This document shows positions 43,502-52,207 of a stretch of 53,155 bases of DNA, one piece after another. Origin of the DNA: Patescibacteria group bacterium (GTDB lineage Bacteria; Patescibacteriota; Microgenomatia; JBGSIU01); contig JBGSIU010000039.1 of assembly GCA_041742375.1 (NCBI GenBank), positions 1-53,155 on the forward strand. Reading direction: 5' to 3'. Below the pieces are notes generated by a model. That model had not been told where the DNA came from. It did no database searches and saw only the letters and a program-made list of their open reading frames with translations. Each line of letters opens with the position of its first letter. Position 1 is the stretch's first letter. Both the position numbers and the translations under genes were made by a program.

Positions 43502-44230
43502 CTATTTTATTTTAACGAAAATTATCTTTCTATAGGTTAGTTGATTGTTAAACAACCTAAGTATCGGAATAAAAAACAGCATGATTTTACGAAAGAAAAA
43601 ATCAACAAAAAAATTTTTTGTCATCCAGCCTTGCATTAAAAATTTTCGCAATCTTAAATTTAAATTATCGATTTCCCTTATCTCTCCCTTAATTCCTTTA
43701 TCTCCCATAAATCCCTTAATCCATTTAATCACCTCTTCAACCTTTGGCAATCCATATTTTAAATGATCTTGGAAAAACTTTTCTGCGCAATCTAGACATT
43801 TTCTTTTTTTGAATTCTTCATAGAGTTCGCGGTCTTGTTTTTCTGCCTCTATTCCTTCAGGGAAGGCGATAATCAGTTCATTTTTTGCTACTCTTAACCA
43901 TTCTTTAATCGCTTTTTTACGTTTTTCTTGTGGAATATGTTCAAGAACGTCACTTGCTATGACAAAGTCAAAAGATTTATCAGCAAAAGGCAAATTTAGC
44001 GCATCCGCCACGACTTGTTTCAAAATAGAACATTCTTTTCCAGAAAAATCGCGGTCGGCTCCAACAACTTCACGATTTAAATATGGCGCAATCCCTATCG
44101 CTCCCGACCCAATCTCAAGAATCAAGTTTTTATTCGTAAATTCTTTTTCAATCTCTTCCACAATCGGCAAATACCTCAAAGCTACCTTTGGATGCCAATA
44201 TTTAATAATGTTTATTAATTTACTAAACAT
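43502..44230 (-). CDS. Class I SAM-dependent methyltransferase
   Basis: ILEIGSG, DALNLPFADKSFD, DVLEHI. Confidence 0.9.
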   Translation of the reverse strand: MFSKLINIIKYWHPKVALRYLPIVEEIEKEFTNKNLILEIGSGAIGIAPYLNREVVGADRDFSGKECSILKQVVADALNLPFADKSFDFVIASDVLEHIPQEKRKKAIKEWLRVAKNELIIAFPEGIEAEKQDRELYEEFKKRKCLDCAEKFFQDHLKYGLPKVEEVIKWIKGFMGDKGIKGEIREIDNLNLRLRKFLMQGWMTKNFFVDFFFRKIMLFFIPILRLFNNQLTYRKIIFVKIK

Positions 44231-44240
44231 AATAATTTAT

Positions 44241-44248
44241 ATTATAAT
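44241..44248. promoter_or_regulatory. Bidirectional -10 element ATTATAAT between divergent genes
   Basis: TATAAT on both strands in a 25-nt gap; plus copy ends 7 nt before ATG 44256. Confidence 0.5.
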
Positions 44249-44255
44249 CGTCTTT

Positions 44256-45269
44256 ATGACAAAAAACATTTTTATTACTGGCGGAGTTGGATTTATTGGC
44301 ATAAACGTGGCTAAATACTATCTTAAAAAGGGATTTAATGTTAAGGTATATGATTCGCTTTTTCGCCCTGGTGTTGAAAAAAATTTAGAAATTTTAAAAA
44401 GTGAAAAACATAATAATCTAAAAGTCGTTAAAGCTGATATCCGCGATTTTGAAACTCTAAAAAACGAAGTTTCGGGAAGCGATGTCGTTTTTCATTTTGC
44501 CGGCCAAACTGCTGTCACAACATCAGTTGTTAACCCTCGCGCAGATTTTGAAGCAAATGCACTTGGCACTTTTAATGTTTGCGAGGCGGTCCGCCAAGCC
44601 GCACCACGCGCAACTCTCGGATATTCTTCAACAAATAAAGTTTATGGCGCAATTCCGGCTTCCCAAAGCCGTGAAGATAAAAAAAGATATACGCCGACAA
44701 ATTTTGAAAATGGTTTTCCCGAAAGCCTACCTCTTGATTTTTATTCTCCTTATGGTTGCTCTAAAGGAACCGGTGATCAATATGTCCGTGATTATCACCG
44801 GATTTATGGGATTAATTCTTTTGTTTTTAGGCAATCCTGCATTTACGGCACCTATCAACTTGGTGTTGAAGACCAAGGATGGCTGGCACATTTTATTTTG
44901 ATGGCAATAAATAATAAAACACTAACGATTTATGGAGACGGCAAACAAGTGAGGGATGTGCTTTTTATTGATGACTTGGTTGATGCTTATGATAAAGCAA
45001 TTAATAAAATAGACGAAATAAGGGGCGAAATATTTAACATTGGCGGAGGCAGAACAAATACCATTTCCCTTCTTGAACTTGTTGACGAAATAGAAAAACT
45101 TAATGGCAAAAAATTTGATTTGAAATTTGCCGATTGGCGGCCCGGAGATCAAAAAATTTATATTTCTGATATTTCCAAATCAAAAAAACTGTTAAATTGG
45201 GAACCAAAAATTAACACAAAAATCGGAATTAAAAAACTTTTCGATTGGCTAAAATATAAAAAAATATGA
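44256..45269 (+). CDS. NAD-dependent epimerase, CDP-paratose 2-epimerase (RfbE)-like
   Basis: ITGGVGFIG, QTAVTTS, SSTNKVYG, SPYGCSKG, FRQSCIYG, EDQGW, WRPGDQ; true start 44256. Confidence 0.88.
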   Translation: MTKNIFITGGVGFIGINVAKYYLKKGFNVKVYDSLFRPGVEKNLEILKSEKHNNLKVVKADIRDFETLKNEVSGSDVVFHFAGQTAVTTSVVNPRADFEANALGTFNVCEAVRQAAPRATLGYSSTNKVYGAIPASQSREDKKRYTPTNFENGFPESLPLDFYSPYGCSKGTGDQYVRDYHRIYGINSFVFRQSCIYGTYQLGVEDQGWLAHFILMAINNKTLTIYGDGKQVRDVLFIDDLVDAYDKAINKIDEIRGEIFNIGGGRTNTISLLELVDEIEKLNGKKFDLKFADWRPGDQKIYISDISKSKKLLNWEPKINTKIGIKKLFDWLKYKKI

Positions 45270-46387
45270 TAAGTAAAGTTCTTGTGACAGGCGGCGCCGG
45301 TTTTATTGGATCACATTTGGTCGATAAATTTGTAAGAGAAGGACTCGATGTTGTTGTACTTGATAATTTACTTGAACAAATTCATCCTCAGCGAAAGCTG
45401 CCTGATTATTTTAATAAAAAAGCGAAGTTTCTGTTTGGCGATGTTGAAAACCAGAAGGATTGGGAAAAAGCTTTAAAAGACGTGACGGCAGTTTTCCATT
45501 ACGCGGCCGCCGTCGGCGTGGGGCAATCAATGTATGAAATTGCCCACTATGTGAAATCAAACTCATATGGCACCTCTCTGCTTCTTGATTATCTTGTCAA
45601 TCAAAAACACCAAGTTAAAAAAGTGGTTATTGCCGCTTCCATGAGCTCATATGGCGAAGGCGCTTATATTTGTTCAAAATGCGGCCGGGTGCGCCCTGGC
45701 TTGCGGCCAAATTCCCAAATGGAAAAAAAAGATTGGGAACCACACTGTCCCACGTGTAATTCCTACCCTGAAATGACACCTATAAATGAAAATGATTTTA
45801 CCGAAGCCAACAGTATTTACGCCATCTCTAAAAAAAATCAGGAAGACATGGTTTTAAATATTTGCTCAACTTACGAAATTCCCGCCGTGGCGTTTCGTTA
45901 TTTTAACGCCTATGGCCCGCGCCAAAGCATTTCAAATCCCTATAACGGCGTGGCGGCAATTTTCATCTCTCAATTAAAAAACAATACGGCTCCGATTATT
46001 TTTGAAGACGGGAATCAAACGCGAGATTTTATCTCTGTTTATGATATTGCTGAAATTAATTATAAAGTTTTATCAACCGACAAAGCCGATTATCAATTTT
46101 TTAATGTAGGAACCGGTAATCCTTTGAAAATTATGGATGTGGCAGAAATGATTTCCGAACTTATGGATAAAAATATTGAGGCAAAAATCACATACAATTT
46201 TCGCAAAAAAGATGTCCGCCATTGTTTTGCTGACATGACTAAAATCAAAAAGGTCTTAAACTGGCAGCCAAAAGTAAAGTTTGAAAACGGCATCAAAGAA
46301 GTCATTGAGTGGTCAAAAAATGAAAAAGCGGTTAATCTCACGCCTCTTGCAACGCAAAAATTAAAAGAAAAAGGGTTAATAAAATGA
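45266..46387 (+). CDS. NAD-dependent epimerase/dehydratase with CxxC...CxxC insert
   Basis: VTGGAGFIG, AVGVGQSMY, CSKC, CPTC, YAISK, RYFNAYGP. Confidence 0.9.
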   Translation: MISKVLVTGGAGFIGSHLVDKFVREGLDVVVLDNLLEQIHPQRKLPDYFNKKAKFLFGDVENQKDWEKALKDVTAVFHYAAAVGVGQSMYEIAHYVKSNSYGTSLLLDYLVNQKHQVKKVVIAASMSSYGEGAYICSKCGRVRPGLRPNSQMEKKDWEPHCPTCNSYPEMTPINENDFTEANSIYAISKKNQEDMVLNICSTYEIPAVAFRYFNAYGPRQSISNPYNGVAAIFISQLKNNTAPIIFEDGNQTRDFISVYDIAEINYKVLSTDKADYQFFNVGTGNPLKIMDVAEMISELMDKNIEAKITYNFRKKDVRHCFADMTKIKKVLNWQPKVKFENGIKEVIEWSKNEKAVNLTPLATQKLKEKGLIK

Positions 46388-46450
46388 ATTTAGAATTAAG
46401 AATTTAGAATTAAGAATTTAATTTAAAATTTTAAATTTAAAATTTAAAAT
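46384..46450. repeat. 7-mer arrays (GAATTwA)n then (AAATTTw)n
   Basis: Fills the whole epimerase-GT2 gap. Confidence 0.85.
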
Positions 46451-47190
46451 TGAGCCTATCTCTCACCATCCTCGTCCCCTGCCACAACGAAGAAGAAGCA
46501 ATCACATATACGCTTGCCGAAATTTATGCCAATCTGCATTATGACAACTTCCAAATCATCATCGTCGACGATCACTGCACCGATCAAACAATAAAAACTG
46601 TTAATGAATTTGTCGCCAAACGCAAAGTTAATAATCTAAAAATTATTGCCAACAAAAGAAAGGGCTGTTTTGCCAACGCACTTCTCACCGGATTTGAAAA
46701 CTTTAATACTGATCTCGTGGTTCCAATGATGGGCGACTTATGCGACAAAGTGGAAACGATTCCGAAAATGATCGCAAAAATTAACGAGGGCTATGACATT
46801 GTCTGCGCAAGCCGCTACGTGAAAGACGGCCGCAAAATTAATTCACCGCAACCGCAGGGATTTTTTTCGTGGTTAGTCTGCGTCTCTCTTAAAATTTTAT
46901 GCAGGTTGCCGACATGGGATGTTTCTAATGCCTACAAAATGTATCGGCGCGAAGTCATTAAAAAGATACTACCCGCGCTTGAAGGCAATTCGGGAACCGA
47001 TTTTTCGATGCAGGTTTTTTTGAAGGCTCATTTTGCCGGTTTTAAAACCGCCGAAGTCCCAACCACATGGACCGGAAGAATTTATGGCAAAGCCAAATTC
47101 GATCCGATAAAATTAACTCCGAAATATGGACGGTGGTATCTTTACGCCCTACAGCAAACCCACACGCCGCATTTCATACACAAATCCTAA
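46450..47190 (+). CDS. GT2, polyprenol-phosphate-sugar synthase (DPM1-like), TTG start
   Basis: LVPCHNEE, VDDHCTD, MGD, DIVCASRY..DG, EVPT. Confidence 0.85.
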   Translation: MSLSLTILVPCHNEEEAITYTLAEIYANLHYDNFQIIIVDDHCTDQTIKTVNEFVAKRKVNNLKIIANKRKGCFANALLTGFENFNTDLVVPMMGDLCDKVETIPKMIAKINEGYDIVCASRYVKDGRKINSPQPQGFFSWLVCVSLKILCRLPTWDVSNAYKMYRREVIKKILPALEGNSGTDFSMQVFLKAHFAGFKTAEVPTTWTGRIYGKAKFDPIKLTPKYGRWYLYALQQTHTPHFIHKS

Positions 47191-48546
47191 ATTATTAAAT
47201 TCATAAAAATTCGTAGTTTTAAATCGTCTCGCTTCTAGATATTTCCGCACTAAACAATTGGAATCTGTCACATCGGCAAAATATTCAAACAAATAGATTT
47301 GTTTTTTTCCGATGAGTGCTGGCGCAAGATAAACGCTGAGATCTTCCGCGTTTGCCATTGCCGGTATGGCCCCGACCGCATCAACTCCATTCTTTTCATA
47401 CCATTGCCACGGAGCAAAAGAGCCGCCGAATTCGAACACAACCAGTGCTTGTTTTTTGTTTATTGTATTCTTGTTGATGAAATCCACGGCTCCCCGCCAA
47501 TCCTCTTTCTGATTTTTAGGGAAATAATTTTGCATAAAAATTCCAAAAAAAGATATTATGGTAAAAATATATATCAAATGTTTATCTTTAAATTTTTCAA
47601 TAAACCAAGCCATGCTTATTAATATAAAAGGCAAAATAAAAATTAATCTGGGTGGGTTATTAATTGGAACAAAAAAAGACACCATCCAAGCGGAAAAAAG
47701 AGGAACAAACACCATCACGGTTAAAAATATAGTTTCTTTGCTTTTTATTAAATAATTTTTGAGCAAGATATAGCTAGTTGTTAAAACCACGACGGCCGCG
47801 TAAAAAATCATTAAAAAATTTCCGGAAACGGCGATTTTCCCGGCGGTGAATTTAAAAATTGTTAATGGAATTGCAATCAAGAAATTTGGCGATGACAGAT
47901 TTTTCCATTCGGGCAAAGCGATTGTCAAAAGAAAAGCCGTTTTTACCTGAAGCAAAAACTCGGGAATAAAAAATAAAAATGCAACGACGAGAAGAATTTG
48001 GGATTTGAAAAATTTAGCAAGATCTTCATTGTCTTTCCGCAGAAACAAATAAATAAATTCCGAAAAAATCACAAATATATACATATAGTTTGTGAAAAAA
48101 CCCAACACGTTGACAATCATGTATTTTTCCCATTTTTTTTCATATAACATTTCTGCCGAAAGAAGCGCGATCAAAACCAAGAGACTATAGCTTCTTAACT
48201 CCTGAGAATACCATACTGCAAACGGCGAAATCGCGAGGAGAAATGCGGAAATTCTGGCGATTTTTTCTCCAAAAATTTTCCGACAAAATGAATAAATCAC
48301 CCAGACGCTTAAAGCTCCAAAGCAAACCGGTAAAAGACGCATAAAAACTTCATCGTTTGAAATCCTCATCCAGAAATGGAGAAGGCTATGAAAAAGAGGC
48401 GGGTGAAAGTCTGCATTTTGTGTCCAAAGATCACGAACACTGCTTTGACTCATCAAGGCCTGTGCCGCCTCGTCGAGCCAGAGAGATTGATTGATACCAA
48501 TAAGTCTAACTATAAAAGCTAATAAGACGATTAAGAAAATTGTCAT
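47149..48546 (-). CDS. GT-C (PMT/GT39-like) membrane glycosyltransferase
   Basis: SLWLDEA, DFHPPLF, SQELRSY, KEDWR. Confidence 0.88.
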   Translation of the reverse strand: MTIFLIVLLAFIVRLIGINQSLWLDEAAQALMSQSSVRDLWTQNADFHPPLFHSLLHFWMRISNDEVFMRLLPVCFGALSVWVIYSFCRKIFGEKIARISAFLLAISPFAVWYSQELRSYSLLVLIALLSAEMLYEKKWEKYMIVNVLGFFTNYMYIFVIFSEFIYLFLRKDNEDLAKFFKSQILLVVAFLFFIPEFLLQVKTAFLLTIALPEWKNLSSPNFLIAIPLTIFKFTAGKIAVSGNFLMIFYAAVVVLTTSYILLKNYLIKSKETIFLTVMVFVPLFSAWMVSFFVPINNPPRLIFILPFILISMAWFIEKFKDKHLIYIFTIISFFGIFMQNYFPKNQKEDWRGAVDFINKNTINKKQALVVFEFGGSFAPWQWYEKNGVDAVGAIPAMANAEDLSVYLAPALIGKKQIYLFEYFADVTDSNCLVRKYLEARRFKTTNFYEFNNLGFVYEMRRVGLL

Positions 48547-48551
48547 AACAA

Positions 48552-49391
48552 TTACTTGTTTTTATTTTTGCCTATCATCGATCCAAATATCGACATCATG
48601 ACTGCCGCATCATATATAATCTGAAACCCAACATATTCGATATCTTTCACTTTGATTGCAATCCCCGCTCCTTTTATTATCGAAGAAATTAAATTAAATT
48701 TCAAAAAGGATTTGAGTTTCCGAATAAAATTTCCTGAGATAAATTCGTTTTTTCCAATCCAACGCGCTTGTTTCCACATCTCGGAATACGTACCCGGATT
48801 ATAGTGGTAATATTTTGCACCCTTGCAGGGGATTGATTGATATCCTAGTTTTCTTGATAAAGTCCAATCGTCAGTATATCCAATATTATCAAATCCATGC
48901 ACTCTGTCAAACTCAGTTTTTATGATTGCCCGAAAAACCGGCGCAGTTTTTTCGTATTCCTTCCCGATCATTTTGTTGGAGAAAATACCACGGTTATACT
49001 GCCAATAACGCGCGATTTTGTTCTCCCAATTGGCAACATATTCTTCTTTGGAAAATGTACCCTTTGCCCCGCCTTCGATTATTGGAATAACAAGATTATT
49101 TAAGAAGTCTTCTTGGAAAACCATATCGGCGTCAACAAAAACTAAAATGTCGCCTCCGGCACACGTGGCGCCTAAGTTCCTCGCGTGTCCCGGACCCAAA
49201 TGATTTTGTTTGAGAAGAATGATTTTTTCTTGACTTGAAAAATTATTTAAAATTTGTCGGGTTTGATCGGTTGAACCATCATCGACCACAATCAGTTCAA
49301 AATTGGGATAATTTTGCACGAAAAGGCTATCAAGACACTGTTTGATGTATTTTTCCTCATCGTAAGACGGAATAATTACGGAAATTTTCAT
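48552..49391 (-). CDS. GT2 glycosyltransferase
   Basis: ISVIIP, VDDGSTD, ARNLG, FVDAD. Confidence 0.92.
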   Translation of the reverse strand: MKISVIIPSYDEEKYIKQCLDSLFVQNYPNFELIVVDDGSTDQTRQILNNFSSQEKIILLKQNHLGPGHARNLGATCAGGDILVFVDADMVFQEDFLNNLVIPIIEGGAKGTFSKEEYVANWENKIARYWQYNRGIFSNKMIGKEYEKTAPVFRAIIKTEFDRVHGFDNIGYTDDWTLSRKLGYQSIPCKGAKYYHYNPGTYSEMWKQARWIGKNEFISGNFIRKLKSFLKFNLISSIIKGAGIAIKVKDIEYVGFQIIYDAAVMMSIFGSMIGKNKNK

Positions 49392-49460
49392 ATTTGCCTA
49401 ATTAATGCTACCACATCTTTCATGATAGATAATAATAGATAATATAATTAGAATATTATC

Positions 49461-49880
49461 ATGCGTAATAAATTTTTAACGTTTTTGCTCATTTTGCTGT
49501 CTCTCGGAAACATATTTTCATTTACTAAAATGGGTGCAAATTCCGTACTTTGGGACCTGTCATTGAAAAATCCTTTTCCCCCAAAAATTTCTTCAAGTCC
49601 AATTTCGATTTTGGAAAAGAGATTTGAAAAAGCAAAGCAATATTTGCCAAAATCAGGTGAAATCGGGTATCAAACCGATCACGAGCTTGACTGGTTTCCC
49701 GGCCAAGAAGAACAAGTTTATCGGTATTATCTGGCACAGTATTCTCTTGTTCCCCTGATTTTAAATACAAAAAAAAAGAATGGCTTAATCATTTTAGATT
49801 ACTTTCAAAAAAAAGAACTTCCGGATAATTATCGACTTATCAAAAAGTTTAGTAATGGAATTTTCATCGTCAAAAAATGA
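49461..49880 (+). CDS. Membrane-anchored hypothetical protein
   Basis: N-terminal TM; ATGA overlap with downstream GT-C. Confidence 0.7.
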   Translation: MRNKFLTFLLILLSLGNIFSFTKMGANSVLWDLSLKNPFPPKISSSPISILEKRFEKAKQYLPKSGEIGYQTDHELDWFPGQEEQVYRYYLAQYSLVPLILNTKKKNGLIILDYFQKKELPDNYRLIKKFSNGIFIVKK

Positions 49881-51181
49881 TCATTAATATCGTCGCTATT
49901 TTAAATATCTTTCTGATTGGACATATGGTTTTCACGTTTGCCGAAAGAAAAAACAAATCTTTCCCCCTTCCTTTAAATATCATTTATTCTTTTATGCTTG
50001 GCGTAGGAATTACCACGCTTTCTTATTTTCTTTTCTTAATTACGTTCGGACGATATAACATTTTATATTTGTATTGCGAAACTTCGTTTTCGATCGTCGG
50101 CGGTTTTTTAATTTTTCGAAAAATACGAAAGAACCATGTCTCGCTCTTTAAACCTAATTATCAAGTGATTATTTTTTCTTTTCTTGCATTCGTCGTCTCG
50201 ATTTTTTTGGTCATTTTTTGTTTGTATCATCCCCACGGAGAAGGCGATTCCATCACTATTTGGAACTTACGGGCAAGGTTTTTATTTTTGGGAGGGGCAA
50301 ATTGGCGAAACGCTTTCACCGATCTGCTCAAATATTCTCACACAAACTATCCTCCTTTTCTACCACTTGCCATTTCAAGATTTTGGTACATCACGGGCAA
50401 TGATTCTCTTTTTTTCCCGATGGGAATTGCATTATTTTCCACCATTGCCTCTCCCTTCGTCTTGTTTTTTTCTCTTGATTTTTTTTCGAATAAATTTAAA
50501 GCGTTAACCGCATCGCTCGTCCTGCTTGGAACCTCGGCTTTTTTAACTCAGGGGGCAAGTCAGTTTGCCGACATTCCGCTTTCACTTATTCTCCTCCTGA
50601 TTTTTGTCCTCGCAAAATTTTATAATTTTAATAATACAAGAATGATATATATCATGGGATTTCTATCGGCGCTGCTTGCTTTTACCAAAAACGAAGGCGT
50701 GCTGATATTTTTGATATTTTCCATCGTTTTTCTTATTAAGAAAACAAGAAAAGAAAGGATTGCATATTTTTTTGGGGCATTACCGGTTCTCTTGGCACTT
50801 TTATATTTCAAGCTTTTTCTTGCACCGCCGGACGACATTTTTGCAGAACAAACTACAAGCATGCTTCTGCAAAAATTAACAAATTTTCAGAGACACAAAA
50901 TAATTATTTTATTTTTTGGGAAGAATATTTTCTTTTTTGGAGATTGGAAAATTAATCCCTTTATTATTCTTATCCCATTTTTGTTTTTACAATTTAAAAA
51001 AACCGTGTCTTTGAATTCGTTTCGAATAAGGGGGTTCTTAATTTTGTTGTTAATTTTAGTGTTTGAATATCTTGTGTATCAAATTTCTCCTTATGATATT
51101 CTGTGGCATTTGAAATTTTCTTTTAACCGTCTCCTGCTCCAACTTTGGCCAAGTTTTCTATTCTTATCTTTTCTCGGCTAA
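49877..51181 (+). CDS. GT-C-like multi-TM glycosyltransferase
   Basis: GDSITIWNLRA, HTNYPP, ADIPL, TKNEG. Confidence 0.75.
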   Translation: MIINIVAILNIFLIGHMVFTFAERKNKSFPLPLNIIYSFMLGVGITTLSYFLFLITFGRYNILYLYCETSFSIVGGFLIFRKIRKNHVSLFKPNYQVIIFSFLAFVVSIFLVIFCLYHPHGEGDSITIWNLRARFLFLGGANWRNAFTDLLKYSHTNYPPFLPLAISRFWYITGNDSLFFPMGIALFSTIASPFVLFFSLDFFSNKFKALTASLVLLGTSAFLTQGASQFADIPLSLILLLIFVLAKFYNFNNTRMIYIMGFLSALLAFTKNEGVLIFLIFSIVFLIKKTRKERIAYFFGALPVLLALLYFKLFLAPPDDIFAEQTTSMLLQKLTNFQRHKIIILFFGKNIFFFGDWKINPFIILIPFLFLQFKKTVSLNSFRIRGFLILLLILVFEYLVYQISPYDILWHLKFSFNRLLLQLWPSFLFLSFLG

Positions 51182-52207
51182 ATTTTTAAACAGTTGGTAA
51201 TATTTTTCTCCGATTTTTTCCCAGGAAAATTTTTCCGCTTGAAGGCACGGTTTATCGCCCCAATTTAAAATAGATGCTTTTATCAGCACTGTTTTATATT
51301 CTTCGACGTTTATGGGATCGACAAAAAGTCCCGCCTCGCCAACAATTTCTCGACGCTTTGGATCATCGGTGGCCACCACCGGCAATCCACACGCCATCGC
51401 TTCAATATACACGTTACCAAAAGCCTCCTGTCTTCCCGAAACCAAAGTAAACACATTTGAGCCGCGATACCATTTTGGCAAATCTATATAATTAACTTTT
51501 TGCATCAAGAATCTTTCTCCAAGCTTTTCTTTTCCCAACTCTTCTAAACCTGTCTTTTCCACACCATCTCCCAAAACAACCAAACTGCCTTTACTCAACT
51601 CACCTACTGCACAAATTGTTTTGTCAATATTTTTATATGAATCAAACGCGGCCACACAAAGAAAAATTGGTCTTTGTAAATCAAGCGTAATTTTTTCTCC
51701 GTCTTTGGAAAAAAAAGCACCGTCAACTCCATTTGGAATTTTAACAATTTTTATATTAGGATTTATCCTTTTTGCCCAATCTTCCTGTTCTTTTGTCAGC
51801 GCCACAAATACATTTGGATTCCCATACACTAAATTAAACCTGTCATCGTAACCCATTCCTGCTTCACCAATAATCACTATCTTATAACCTAGAAGTCGAC
51901 GAAAAAAACGGATGATCCCCGATTGCCAACCGCCATTGGCGGGAATCACAATGCTCGGTTTCTCTTTTTTTATTGTCCGTAAACATTTACAAGTAAAAAT
52001 CAAAACCTGCAGCGAATATGCATCAAGGTAAAATTTATGTAAAAGACGGGATATTCTCGTCGGGACAGAAACGCAGGGCGTTGACGAATCTGCGATGATT
52101 TTAAATTCAACGCCCCTCTTTTCCATTTCTTTTTTTAATCCATCAAGGAAACTTTCCAAACCACGGCTTACTTTACTTTGATTAATGTTTAAGACAAGGA
52201 TTTTCAT
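51164..52207 (-). CDS. GT4 glycosyltransferase
   Basis: IPNGVD, EAFGNVYIEAMACG; ATG 52207. Confidence 0.9.
   Translation of the reverse strand: MKILVLNINQSKVSRGLESFLDGLKKEMEKRGVEFKIIADSSTPCVSVPTRISRLLHKFYLDAYSLQVLIFTCKCLRTIKKEKPSIVIPANGGWQSGIIRFFRRLLGYKIVIIGEAGMGYDDRFNLVYGNPNVFVALTKEQEDWAKRINPNIKIVKIPNGVDGAFFSKDGEKITLDLQRPIFLCVAAFDSYKNIDKTICAVGELSKGSLVVLGDGVEKTGLEELGKEKLGERFLMQKVNYIDLPKWYRGSNVFTLVSGRQEAFGNVYIEAMACGLPVVATDDPKRREIVGEAGLFVDPINVEEYKTVLIKASILNWGDKPCLQAEKFSWEKIGEKYYQLFKNLAEKR

Noticed and set aside
43959-44255. 99-aa N-terminal extension of the RfbE-like epimerase
   Set aside because: Antisense overlap with the methyltransferase; the Rossmann motif begins right after ATG 44256.
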